Positions 48,033-57,408 of a DNA stretch of 64,000 nt are shown here, piece by piece. A program made the position numbers and the translations under genes. The stretch spans positions 81,080 to 145,079 of the forward strand of contig JAITVV010000043.1 of the NCBI GenBank assembly GCA_031285625.1. The letters are read 5' to 3'. Source of the stretch: Prevotella sp. GTDB taxonomy: Bacteria > Bacteroidota > Bacteroidia > Bacteroidales > Dysgonomonadaceae. The notes under the pieces are model-generated. The model was not told where the DNA came from and did no database searches. It was given only the letters and a program-made list of their open reading frames with translations. Within the stretch, counting starts at the first letter, position 1. The number at the start of each line of letters is the position of its first letter.

Positions 48033-49589
48033 ATGAAAAATGAAGCTAGTAAATCATATACTCTGAAACTGACACTGATAGCGACCTTGGGAGGTTTGCT
48101 TTTTGGATATGACACTGCTGTTATATCTGGAACAGTAGAATCCCTTCGTCACTTCTTCATAGAACCGATGGGCTTATCGCTCAACGAAGCGAATGCGATG
48201 GAAGGTTTTGTGATAAGTAGTGCACTCATAGGTTGTATCTTTGGTGCCGCTATGGCGGGCTGGGTAAGCCAGACATTCGGACGTAAAAAAGCATTATTTG
48301 CAGCAGCCGTTCTGTTTTTATTAGCTGCAATTGGTTCAGCATGGCCTGAAATAGGCTTCCGTATGCCTAGTGCCGGAGATCATTCATTTGTATATCACTT
48401 TGTAGCTTACCGTATACTTGGTGGAATAGGTGTCGGAATTGCCTCTATGGTATCGCCGATGTACATTGCTGAAATAGCTCCGCCCGAAAAGCGTGGTAGC
48501 CTGGTTGGGCTCAATCAGTTCGCTATTATATTCGGTATGCTCGTAGTGTATTTTGTAAATTATTTTATAGCCAAACAGGGAGATAGCCAATGGCTGCATG
48601 AAACAGGATGGAGATGGATGTTCGCTTCTTTAGCTATTCCATCTGTTATATTCTTCCTATTATTGTTTATCGCACCTGAAACTCCTAGATGGCTAGTGAT
48701 GAAAGGTCGTACAGAAAAAGCTGAGGGTATCCTGACCAAACTGGTTGGCAGTACCATGGCTAAAAAGGAAATTGAAGAAATCAAACTTAGTTTTGATAAT
48801 GAAGAGCCGGTATCATTGAAACCATACTACAGATTTATGATGACATGGTTGATCCTGTTTGTTGTTGGAATCATTTCATTATCACTAGCAGGGGTTTCCA
48901 GTGCATTGGAGATCTCAATGATCGTCAGTTTCATCATCGCACTTTATGTTCCTATCAAGTCATATGGATTCCTCATTATTATCACCGGGGTATTATTATC
49001 TGCTTTCCAACAGTTTGTAGGTATTAATGTCGTCCTGTATTACGCTCCTGAAATATTCAAGAGTATGGGTTCGGGAACAGACTCAGCGTTGCTACAAACA
49101 ATCATTGTCGGTATCATCAATCTGTCATTTACAGTATTGGCAATTATGACTGTTGATAAATTCGGTCGTAAACCATTACTGATTACAGGTGCCTTGGTTA
49201 TGGCAATATCTATGATCGGTTTGGGAACATCTTTCTCTCAGGGATTACCGGGAGGATTAAAACTTGTATTTATGCTTACTTATACTGCTGGTTTCGCCAT
49301 GTCATGGGGAACTGTATGCTGGGTAATGTTATCCGAAATATTTCCTAACTCGGTGCGTTCCAGTGTAATGTCTATCGCTGTTGCCGCACAATGGGTATCC
49401 AACTTCCTTATTTCATGGACATTCCCTATTATGGACAAAAACGATACATTAGTAAGCATGTTTAACCATGGATTTGCATATTGGGTATATGGCGCATTGG
49501 CAATAATTGCTGCATTGTTTGTATGGAAACGCCTGCCTGAAACTAAAGGTAAAACACTGGAAGACATGGAGAAATTATGGAAAAAATAA
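48033..49589 (+). CDS. xylE: D-xylose:H+ symporter (MFS sugar porter) with extra central hydrophobic segment
   Basis: GGLLFGYDTAVISG, FGRK, YIAEIAP..RG, GWRWMF, PETPRWL, QQFVGINVVLYY, DKFGRKP, SEIFP, PETKGKTLE. Confidence 0.92.
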   Translation: MKNEASKSYTLKLTLIATLGGLLFGYDTAVISGTVESLRHFFIEPMGLSLNEANAMEGFVISSALIGCIFGAAMAGWVSQTFGRKKALFAAAVLFLLAAIGSAWPEIGFRMPSAGDHSFVYHFVAYRILGGIGVGIASMVSPMYIAEIAPPEKRGSLVGLNQFAIIFGMLVVYFVNYFIAKQGDSQWLHETGWRWMFASLAIPSVIFFLLLFIAPETPRWLVMKGRTEKAEGILTKLVGSTMAKKEIEEIKLSFDNEEPVSLKPYYRFMMTWLILFVVGIISLSLAGVSSALEISMIVSFIIALYVPIKSYGFLIIITGVLLSAFQQFVGINVVLYYAPEIFKSMGSGTDSALLQTIIVGIINLSFTVLAIMTVDKFGRKPLLITGALVMAISMIGLGTSFSQGLPGGLKLVFMLTYTAGFAMSWGTVCWVMLSEIFPNSVRSSVMSIAVAAQWVSNFLISWTFPIMDKNDTLVSMFNHGFAYWVYGALAIIAALFVWKRLPETKGKTLEDMEKLWKK

Positions 49590-49635
49590 TATGATACTTT
49601 GAATTAAATAGGTTAAAAAAAGGTTATTAATTATG

Positions 49636-49666
49636 TCAGAGGTTTGTTGTGATAACAAGCCTCTGA
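49636..49666. terminator. Bidirectional terminator between xylE and ABC permease
   Basis: TCAGAGGTTTGTT-gtgat-AACAAGCCTCTGA between convergent genes. Confidence 0.7.
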
Positions 49667-49671
49667 TGCTT

Positions 49672-50784
49672 TTAATTTGTCTTTCTGTAACTGATCACTG
49701 CCCAAATATTGAAAAGTAGAGCAAATCCGATCAAAGCAAATATTTGTGTTGTCAATTCTGCGATTGCACTTCCTTTTAAATAAACCATTCGCATAACCTC
49801 GATAAAGTACCTTAACGGATTAAACCGGGTTATTACCTGAGCCCATTCAGGCATACTGTTTATCGGAGTGAACAGTCCACTCATCAAAATAAGAATCATC
49901 ATAAAAAAGAACATCACAAACATTGCCTGCTGCATTGTATCGGAGTAATTAGAAATAATCAACCCTAGTCCCGACATCACAAGAATGTATATACCCGACA
50001 ATAAGTATATTGTAAGCAGACTTCCTAGAGGAAGCATGCCATATATTATGGCAGCAAGACCAAAACAAATAGTAAGTACTATAAATCCGATAATCCAGTA
50101 TGGAACCAACTTAGCCAGAATAAAAGTAAATTTATTAACAGGGCTTACATTCATTTGCTCTATAGTCCCGACCTCTTTTTCACTTACAATATTAAGGGCA
50201 GGTAAAGCTCCCGTAAGCAATGTAAGCATAATCACCATTAAGGCAGGAATCATAAATACTTTATAATCGAGATGCGGATTAAATTTATATTGTGGCCTGA
50301 TATCTATGACAGGCATACTATTCTTCCCCGATTGGGGTATCTGTTCACTCCTTATCTCTGAGGCAAAATCATTTAGGATAATTCCAAGATAAGATGAGCT
50401 TAATCCCCCTTTCACTCCATTTACTGTATTTGCCGATATCATTACACTGGCAGCACCTTCCCTTACCAGATTTCGTTCAAATCCGGATTCAATATCCAAT
50501 ATAACATCTGCTTTACCCGATTCTATACTATGCAAAGCTTCCTCATTAGAGGCAGATACATCAGTAAGGTGAAAATAACCTGACGAAGTTACTTTATGAG
50601 TTAGCCGCTCGGAATATGTACTATGGTCATTATCTACTATACTGATATTGATATCTTTTACTTCCTGATTGGCAGCCCATGGCATAATAAGCATCATCAT
50701 TATCGGCATACCGATAATCATCCTTGGAATAAAGGAATTTCGAATGATTTGCTTAAACTCTTTTTCTATCAAAAACTTTATCAT
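49672..50784 (-). CDS. ABC-2 type permease (YbhR-like)
   Basis: KEFKQIIR, FNPHLDYK.FMIP, IVSEKEVGTIEQMNVSP, LMSGLFTPINSMPEW, NPLRYF. Confidence 0.9.
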   Translation of the reverse strand: MIKFLIEKEFKQIIRNSFIPRMIIGMPIMMMLIMPWAANQEVKDINISIVDNDHSTYSERLTHKVTSSGYFHLTDVSASNEEALHSIESGKADVILDIESGFERNLVREGAASVMISANTVNGVKGGLSSSYLGIILNDFASEIRSEQIPQSGKNSMPVIDIRPQYKFNPHLDYKVFMIPALMVIMLTLLTGALPALNIVSEKEVGTIEQMNVSPVNKFTFILAKLVPYWIIGFIVLTICFGLAAIIYGMLPLGSLLTIYLLSGIYILVMSGLGLIISNYSDTMQQAMFVMFFFMMILILMSGLFTPINSMPEWAQVITRFNPLRYFIEVMRMVYLKGSAIAELTTQIFALIGFALLFNIWAVISYRKTN

Positions 50785-50802
50785 AATTTTAGTCTTGATT
50801 GG

Positions 50803-51909
50803 TTAGCTAAGTCTTACTTTAAATTTTTTCAGGCTGACCGTAAGCAGGAATATTGCCATCACGATTAGGATCCCCATTTCTTTGAGGACATAAACCACGC
50901 TAACTCCTTGTATCATCAGTTTCTTAACGGCCGAAATATACCATTTTGCAGGAATAATATCGGATAACCATTGTAATACAACAGGCATGCTCTCTATCGG
51001 ATATATCATTCCCGAAAGCAGCATTACAGGCATCATTAGGCCTATTCCTGATATAAGCATTGCTGTTACCTGTGTGTCGGCAACCGAGGAAATAAACAGC
51101 CCCAAAGCCAATGCTACAAAAATGAAGATAAGTGAGATAATTGCAAGCCAGAATAAGCTTCCTGCTACCGGAACCTCCAGAACAAATACGGAGAGTAACA
51201 ATATCGAAGACAGGTTGACAACCGATAATGTAAAATAAGGAACAGCTTTAGCCAAAATAATATATATGGGCCTGATAGGAGAAGCCAGAAGTACCTCCAT
51301 CGTTCCCATCTCTTTTTCGCGGACAATAGCAATCGAAGTCATCATAGCGCAAATCAATATAAGTATCAGCCCCATAACTCCGGGAACAAAGTTATAAGCT
51401 CCTTTCATCTGCGGATTATATAACATTCTCACTTCTGGTTTTATTTGGAACGGAATATTATATTCACGCATCAATTCCTGCTGATACGAACCTATAATAT
51501 TTGTTGCATATCCAGTAAGGGTAAGCGACTGGTTTGGGTCCGTAGCATCAGCTATCAGCTGTATAGATGCTTCTCCTGTATGCAGGAGGTTTTCATTGAA
51601 ATTCTCTCCGAATACAACCACCAGATTAGCCTTGCCCTCTTTGAAAACTTTTTCTATTTCATCAGGATTACTCAGTATTTGTGCAACGGAAAAATATTCA
51701 CTAGCACCTAGTTGTTCGGTAATCCGTTGTGTCGATATATCCTTTGAAGGATCGAATATAGCCACTTGCGTATTTTTCACTTCCGTAGTGATGGCAAATC
51801 CAAAAAGAATAATCTGTACAACAGGCATTCCTAACAGAATAAGCATAGTACGTTTATCTCTGAAAATATGATAGAACTCTTTTTTGACAAATGATAAAAA
51901 TTGTCTCAT
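50803..51909 (-). CDS. ABC-2 type permease (YbhS-like)
   Basis: KEFYHIFRD.RT, LFGFA, YNPQMKGAYNFVPG, IVREKEMGTMEVLLASP, LSGMIYPIESMP. Confidence 0.9.
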   Translation of the reverse strand: MRQFLSFVKKEFYHIFRDKRTMLILLGMPVVQIILFGFAITTEVKNTQVAIFDPSKDISTQRITEQLGASEYFSVAQILSNPDEIEKVFKEGKANLVVVFGENFNENLLHTGEASIQLIADATDPNQSLTLTGYATNIIGSYQQELMREYNIPFQIKPEVRMLYNPQMKGAYNFVPGVMGLILILICAMMTSIAIVREKEMGTMEVLLASPIRPIYIILAKAVPYFTLSVVNLSSILLLSVFVLEVPVAGSLFWLAIISLIFIFVALALGLFISSVADTQVTAMLISGIGLMMPVMLLSGMIYPIESMPVVLQWLSDIIPAKWYISAVKKLMIQGVSVVYVLKEMGILIVMAIFLLTVSLKKFKVRLS

Positions 51910-52424
51910 AGCTGATAGAATTTTTTATTAAATTTTGAAGCCAGGAAATGAGCAAAATATAAATTCAATATCATAATCAGCAGTCCAATAGCAGTCCAGA
52001 TAAGAATTTCCGGCAAAGAAAATATTGTAATTATAGAAATAAAACCAAATATACAATATGGCAATACAAGTATAGAAGTTACAATTGCCGGTATATATCT
52101 GCTTAATATTACCCACTGAATAATATGAATTATTATATGGATAAAGAATGCCATAAAGAGAGCAAGCCATACATTATAATAGCCCAACATTACCGAAACA
52201 AAAGTTACCAGACTGAGCAGAACAAATTCTTCGAAAACAGCAATAGAAAAAGCCGGAACGGACAAGTGTTCCAGTCTGTCAAAAAGTTTTGTCAAAAATG
52301 GGAAACGTTCTTTTATATACATTCCATTTTTTTGTATACATGGCTTAAAAAAGATAATCTCTTCAAAGTCATGTACCATGAATACAATTGGTAATACCCA
52401 AACTATAATATTGAATTTATCCAT
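51906..52424 (-). CDS. HXXEE-domain integral membrane protein
   Basis: FMVHDFEE motif, about 5 hydrophobic helices, HIIIHIIQ and YIPAIVTS. It abuts the upstream ATPase stop and overlaps the permease start (ATGA). Confidence 0.8.
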   Translation of the reverse strand: MDKFNIIVWVLPIVFMVHDFEEIIFFKPCIQKNGMYIKERFPFLTKLFDRLEHLSVPAFSIAVFEEFVLLSLVTFVSVMLGYYNVWLALFMAFFIHIIIHIIQWVILSRYIPAIVTSILVLPYCIFGFISIITIFSLPEILIWTAIGLLIMILNLYFAHFLASKFNKKFYQL

Positions 52425-53168
52425 TTAACTATCTCCCCTCTTTGCCGTTCTTGCCAATTGTTGAAAAACATCGTCCATAGTCTCTGCGTTGAACTGATGC
52501 CGTAGGTTCGCAGGGGTATCTAAAGCTTCTATTTTGCCATCGACCATGATAGATACACGTCTGCAATACTCAGCCTCATCCATGTAGTGTGTTGTAACGA
52601 ATATTGTTATCCCCCTGTCCGAAGCCTGATATATCAGTTCCCAGAATTGCCTGCGTGTGACGGGATCGACCCCGCCGGTAGGTTCATCCAAAAAGACTAT
52701 TTTCGGTTCATGAAATATAGAAACTGAAAAAGCCAGTTTTTGCTTCCATCCCAGAGGTAATTCTTTTACCAGTGTATTCTTCTCACTCATAAAACCCAAC
52801 TCTGATAATATTTCGTCCGTTTTGGAAGCAATAACTTTCTCTTTCATACCATAAATTCCTCCAAAAAGACGCATATTTTCCCAGACTTTCAGATCTTCAT
52901 AGAGTGAAAATTTTTGACTCATATATCCAATATTCTTCTTCACACTTTCTTGCTGCTTTGCAATATCGAAACCTGCAACAGTCCCCTTGCCGGACGTAGG
53001 ATAACTTAATCCGCACAGCATACGCATAGCCGTTGTTTTTCCGGCTCCATTTGCACCAAGGAAACCAAAAATTTCGCCCTTGTCTACACTAAAAGATATA
53101 TTGTCTACAGCGGTAAAATTGCCAAACCTTTTAGTCAGGTTTTCAGTATATATTACAGATTCGTTCAT
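52425..53168 (-). CDS. ABC transporter ATP-binding protein
   Basis: Start reassigned to ATG 53168, an ATGA overlap with the previous gene. GANGAGKTT, signature variant LPLGWKQK, FLDEPT, TTHYMDEAE. Confidence 0.92.
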   Translation of the reverse strand: MNESVIYTENLTKRFGNFTAVDNISFSVDKGEIFGFLGANGAGKTTAMRMLCGLSYPTSGKGTVAGFDIAKQQESVKKNIGYMSQKFSLYEDLKVWENMRLFGGIYGMKEKVIASKTDEILSELGFMSEKNTLVKELPLGWKQKLAFSVSIFHEPKIVFLDEPTGGVDPVTRRQFWELIYQASDRGITIFVTTHYMDEAEYCRRVSIMVDGKIEALDTPANLRHQFNAETMDDVFQQLARTAKRGDS

Positions 53169-54079
53169 CCCTTTTGATTTTGTGAGAGTTGCATATAACA
53201 ATCCTCAATATTTGGCCGGATCACTTTAATTTGAATATTTGTATGCCCCCTTTCGGTCAGGTACTCCTTCAGATTGTCTTGCGTTAAGGAATTATCTACT
53301 GTTATATGATGCATTTCACCAAATGTAAAACAGGTTTTTATCATAGAGTTCTGTCTGAGATCTTTCAATAATTTATACATCTCATTGCTCTGAATAGCCC
53401 ACAAAGTTTCAGTAAACTGGCTAATGATATTCTGTGGAGTATCTACTTGCAGGAAGCTACCATTCTGTATCAAAGCAATACGGTCACATAATGTCGCCTC
53501 ATCCATATAGGGGGTGGATACCAATATTGTGATATTTTGCTCTTTTAATTTCTTCAGCATCTCCCAGAACTCTTTACGTGAAACCGGATCGACTCCGGTA
53601 GTCGGCTCATCCAGAAACAACACAGTAGGCTTATGTATCAAGGCACAGCTAAGTGCCAGCTTTTGTTTCATACCTCCCGAAAGCTTTCCTGCCCGGCGAG
53701 TCCTAAATGGTTCTATTTGCTGATATATATCTTTTATCAGATGATAATTTTCCTGTATAGTAGTATGGAAAACAGTTGCAAAAAACTCCAGATTTTCTTC
53801 AACTGTCATATCCTGATAAAGGGAAAATTTCCCTGGCATATATCCTATCCTATTCCGGATTTCCTTGTAATCTTTTACAATATCCAATCCATTAACAGTA
53901 GCTGTCCCCGAATCAGCTAAAAGCAGCGTGGTAAGTATACGGAAAAGACTGGTTTTACCTGCACCGTCAGGACCGATTATACCATAAATTTCCCCTTGTT
54001 CTACCTCAAAACTGATATTATTCAGAGCCTGAACATTCTTATAGCTTTTATATATATCCTTTACAGAAATTGCTTTCAT
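53165..54079 (-). CDS. ABC transporter ATP-binding protein
   Basis: GPDGAGKTS, LSGGMKQK, FLDEPT, H-loop variant STPYMDEA. Confidence 0.92.
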   Translation of the reverse strand: MKAISVKDIYKSYKNVQALNNISFEVEQGEIYGIIGPDGAGKTSLFRILTTLLLADSGTATVNGLDIVKDYKEIRNRIGYMPGKFSLYQDMTVEENLEFFATVFHTTIQENYHLIKDIYQQIEPFRTRRAGKLSGGMKQKLALSCALIHKPTVLFLDEPTTGVDPVSRKEFWEMLKKLKEQNITILVSTPYMDEATLCDRIALIQNGSFLQVDTPQNIISQFTETLWAIQSNEMYKLLKDLRQNSMIKTCFTFGEMHHITVDNSLTQDNLKEYLTERGHTNIQIKVIRPNIEDCYMQLSQNQKG

Positions 54080-54087
54080 GTTTATTG

Positions 54088-54288
54088 CTATATAAGTTCG
54101 ATATATAAGTTATTATCCATTTCCTTAAAAACTATTTTGTTTTCACGTAATAGCCATCCCAAGGCAAGATGAATATACATCTCCCTATATTCTGTCATCT
54201 CTATCAACTGGTCTATACTCAGTATACCTTTTGTGTCCAATAGCCGCCAGATAAATCCGGCATCAACGCCAACGATTTCCTTTAACAT
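54088..54288 (-). CDS. Small winged-helix protein (DUF2582-like)
   Basis: VGVDAGFIWRLL...ALGWLLRENKI matches the IG..AG.IW..L / AIGWLARE.KI pattern. It sits inside the operon with 8-11 nt gaps. Confidence 0.8.
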   Translation of the reverse strand: MLKEIVGVDAGFIWRLLDTKGILSIDQLIEMTEYREMYIHLALGWLLRENKIVFKEMDNNLYIELI

Positions 54289-54299
54289 GGCCTTATTTT

Positions 54300-55199
54300 T
54301 TAATTTAATTTCAATTCACCATACATCCCTTTTTTCAGATAACCATCATTCTTAACAGCTAGTTTTACAGCATATACCAGATTGGCCCGTTCGTCGCGGG
54401 TTTGTATCGTTTTAGGCGTAAATTCGGATTTGTCAGATATCCACGTTATTGTACCCTTATACTCTTTCATGTCCTTTTCTCCAAAATCTGCGAATACTTT
54501 TACCTCCTGTCCTATTTTCACCTGGGTTAATTGACTTGAAGTGATATATGCCCTTAGAAACATATTATCCATATCAGCAACCTTAAAGAGTGACTTACCT
54601 TGTGCTGCAAGTTCTCCGGGTTCTGCATATTTAGACAGGATGGTACCCTTTATCGGACTTTTTATTATAGATTTATCTATCTGGTCTTCTAACTGTGCTA
54701 CCTGTACATCAAGCCCGGAACTTTGTTCTGAAATATTCCGGTTCGAATTTTCAAATGTCTCAGTCTGAGCGGCAAGCTGCCTTTCCAGTACATTGATCTG
54801 AGCATTGATATCATCCACCTGCTTTTGATTGGCTGCATTCGATTTTACCAAATTCTCAAAGCGCTTCAGTTCATTTTTTTGAGTAGCAATCTGTTGTCTG
54901 GTAGCAGCTATTTGCCTGGGTATATCCACATGCCCGCTTCTTACCGCTTTCACATTTGTCAAGAGCTGTATTTTCTTTAAATATAGCTGGGTAGTATCAA
55001 TATAACCGATAGCCGTTTCAGGAGTAACCTCCTGCCCTTCTTCCAGATTGAATTGCATCAATCTGCCATTTGCCTCAGCAGAAACAATTATTTCGGTTGT
55101 CTCAAATACGCCGGAAGCATCATAGTCCCCAGCCCCATTTCCACAGGATAAAAACAGAGTTGCAATACTGATAATTGATATATTTTTTATTGTTCTCAT
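54300..55199 (-). CDS. HlyD/YbhG-like membrane fusion protein (lipoprotein)
   Basis: Lipobox FLSC, ASGVFETTE, coiled coil, IKSPIKG, EFTPKTIQTRDERANLVYAVK, LKKGMYG. Confidence 0.9.
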   Translation of the reverse strand: MRTIKNISIISIATLFLSCGNGAGDYDASGVFETTEIIVSAEANGRLMQFNLEEGQEVTPETAIGYIDTTQLYLKKIQLLTNVKAVRSGHVDIPRQIAATRQQIATQKNELKRFENLVKSNAANQKQVDDINAQINVLERQLAAQTETFENSNRNISEQSSGLDVQVAQLEDQIDKSIIKSPIKGTILSKYAEPGELAAQGKSLFKVADMDNMFLRAYITSSQLTQVKIGQEVKVFADFGEKDMKEYKGTITWISDKSEFTPKTIQTRDERANLVYAVKLAVKNDGYLKKGMYGELKLN

Positions 55200-55202
55200 A
55201 TC

Positions 55203-56465
55203 TTAATTATTTGTAGTGAATTTCAAGTTGTAAATGGATAATAATAGTTCTATCTCATGTTGTATCTTATCTTGTCTGGCCATATCTTCGGCAGTAATTT
55301 CCTGCATAAGGTCTGTCACAGTAAGGATACCGTTTGCAACTTTTACTTCCGCTGCTTTTTTCACATTATTGCGAAGTTTGATGATCTCGTCATCATATTT
55401 CAGCAAATCACGGTTTTTATTTATCTCATTTTGTTCTTGTGATGTTTCTATATTAGTATTGAATAAGAATGTTTCCCGCTGAGTCATTATATTATCCTGA
55501 TTTACATCTATCAGCTTATGATCATTCTTTTTAGTATACAGGCTCCCAAAATTCCACGAGAGACGTACTCCTCCTATATAATAGGCTGAGAACTCATTTT
55601 CCAGCATATTCAATCCTGGTTTGCCATAACCTCCGGTCAGATACAGCCCAAGTTTAGGCATATAGCCGGCTTTTATACTTTTACGCTGTGTTTCCAGATT
55701 ATTTAGTTGGGCATCGAAAAGCTCCATTTCCGGCCGATTAATTTGACGCGGAACTATCAAATCTTCTCCTTTCGGTTTTTGCAGAATCGTTTTTTCGGTC
55801 AATGGCTCTCCTATCAGAGTGGAAAGCATTTCCAGATATGATTTTTTGTTAGATAATAGTTGGGTCTTAGTTTGAACAGCTTTCAACTGCTCTACTTTAA
55901 CAGCATCCAGATCAGCCTGATTAGCCACTCCATTCTCAATATAGCTGGTTATGAGGTTATGATTACGTTGAAGTTCATCCTGTAGCAGATCATTTTGCTT
56001 TATTTTAGCATCAATAAGTAATATACCGAAAAACATCTGGTTTACACGGTCATTAATGCTGTACATATCTACATCAAGCTGCTTCTGTTCAACAAGTGAA
56101 GCAGACTTAGTTATATCTTTTTTAGAACTAATTACGCCTCCATCCCAAATTGTCTGAGTAACATCAACTGTTGCAGAGTATTGATCTTTACTCATCCCGG
56201 GAATATCCATTCCTGGAATATCCACAGGAATTTTTGTAACCTCCGACTGATAAGATGCTTTCGCAGTAAGAGAGAACTGAGGCAAATAACCTTTTCCTGC
56301 ATTCGACAAATTATATTCTTTCGATTTATCTATCAGCGCATACCGTTTGATAAGCGGATAATTCTCTTTTGCCATTTGTTGACACTGTTCAATTGTCAGC
56401 AGATTCTGAGAAAATCCGAAAAAAGGAAGAATTATTAGAAGTATAATAAATAAATACTTTTTCAT
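55203..56465 (-). CDS. TolC-family outer membrane efflux protein
   Basis: LTIEQCQQMAKENYP, YLPQFSL, QTIWDGG, RPEM..F, PKLGL, duplicated OEP architecture. Confidence 0.88.
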   Translation of the reverse strand: MKKYLFIILLIILPFFGFSQNLLTIEQCQQMAKENYPLIKRYALIDKSKEYNLSNAGKGYLPQFSLTAKASYQSEVTKIPVDIPGMDIPGMSKDQYSATVDVTQTIWDGGVISSKKDITKSASLVEQKQLDVDMYSINDRVNQMFFGILLIDAKIKQNDLLQDELQRNHNLITSYIENGVANQADLDAVKVEQLKAVQTKTQLLSNKKSYLEMLSTLIGEPLTEKTILQKPKGEDLIVPRQINRPEMELFDAQLNNLETQRKSIKAGYMPKLGLYLTGGYGKPGLNMLENEFSAYYIGGVRLSWNFGSLYTKKNDHKLIDVNQDNIMTQRETFLFNTNIETSQEQNEINKNRDLLKYDDEIIKLRNNVKKAAEVKVANGILTVTDLMQEITAEDMARQDKIQHEIELLLSIYNLKFTTNN

Positions 56466-56473
56466 ATCTGAAT

Positions 56474-57091
56474 CTAATTATCAAGTTTAAGCATCATTTT
56501 TATCCACTGAGGAATCAGCTTTCTCCTCTCCTCAATAAACTCTAAATATGTCTTTTCGTTCATTGAAGTATGTAAATTCATCAACAAAGGTTTTCCTACA
56601 ACAGGGAAGATAGACATAGAGACAATATTGATAAAAAAATGAAATGGGGATATCTTTATCCCTACTTTATCTACCTGTTCTTCAATTTGCTTATAGAAAT
56701 GGCTATCCGTCATCATATTCAAGGGCACTCCTACCTTTTGTAGCAACCTTTGTGGATTTGCCTGTATCTCACTTAAAACAAAAAGAGGAAGATTAGGGTT
56801 TGGCAATAATGAATCCGTATAGCGAGACACAATCGCCTCTATCTTTTCCGATAAACTAGTCTCTTCGTCATTAACAACACTTGTTATAACAAAAAAAATT
56901 TCAGTCAAACTTTCTTCCATTATTATATCAAAAAGCTTTTCCTTACTGCGAAAATAATAATTCAGCAAAGCCAGATTTATACCGGCGGCATCTGCAATAT
57001 CACGTGTACGTGCTTGCCCATATCCCTTTTCCTGAAACACTTTGCGAGCTGCTTCTTTTATTTTCTCTTCCGTTGAAATATCCTTTTCCAT
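56474..57091 (-). CDS. TetR/AcrR family regulator
   Basis: TEEKIKEAARKVFQEKGYGQARTRDIADAAGINLALLNYYFRSKEKLF. Confidence 0.93.
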   Translation of the reverse strand: MEKDISTEEKIKEAARKVFQEKGYGQARTRDIADAAGINLALLNYYFRSKEKLFDIIMEESLTEIFFVITSVVNDEETSLSEKIEAIVSRYTDSLLPNPNLPLFVLSEIQANPQRLLQKVGVPLNMMTDSHFYKQIEEQVDKVGIKISPFHFFINIVSMSIFPVVGKPLLMNLHTSMNEKTYLEFIEERRKLIPQWIKMMLKLDN

Positions 57092-57115
57092 ATTATTTGC
57101 TTATTATTTATGATA

Positions 57116-57156
57116 CAAACATAAATTAATTTTTTGATTTAATCAAATGATTAAAT
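57116..57156 (-). promoter_or_regulatory. tetR/efflux operon promoter with overlapping palindromic operator
   Basis: Minus-strand -33 TTTG (57147-44) and -7 TATGTTTG (57123-16) with a 20-nt spacer. Palindrome ATTTAATCA-aa-TGATTAAAT at 57137-57156 covers the -33 box. Confidence 0.75.
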
Positions 57157-57188
57157 AATTATTTTAAAAAATATTTTTAATAATTTAA

Positions 57189-57315
57189 AATTATCTTATA
57201 TATAAACAGATACTCAATTGCAGGAGAAAGTAACAGAAGAAAAAGAGCACAAAAGGTGTTACTTTTGTCACCTTTTTAATTTAAACAACTGGATATCAAC
57301 TATATTAAAAAAACA
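57189..57315 (+). repeat. Dispersed ~125-bp intergenic repeat, copy B
   Basis: Aligns by eye with the reverse complement of 17309-17435. Extra GT(T/A)ACTTTT units continue to about 57370. Confidence 0.7.
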
Positions 57316-57408
57316 TCAGATAATGTATACTTTTACTACCTTGTAACTTTTTTATTAAAGTGTTACTTTTCATGTTACAATTTTGAGACTGCGCCGTTAT
57401 CAATATAA

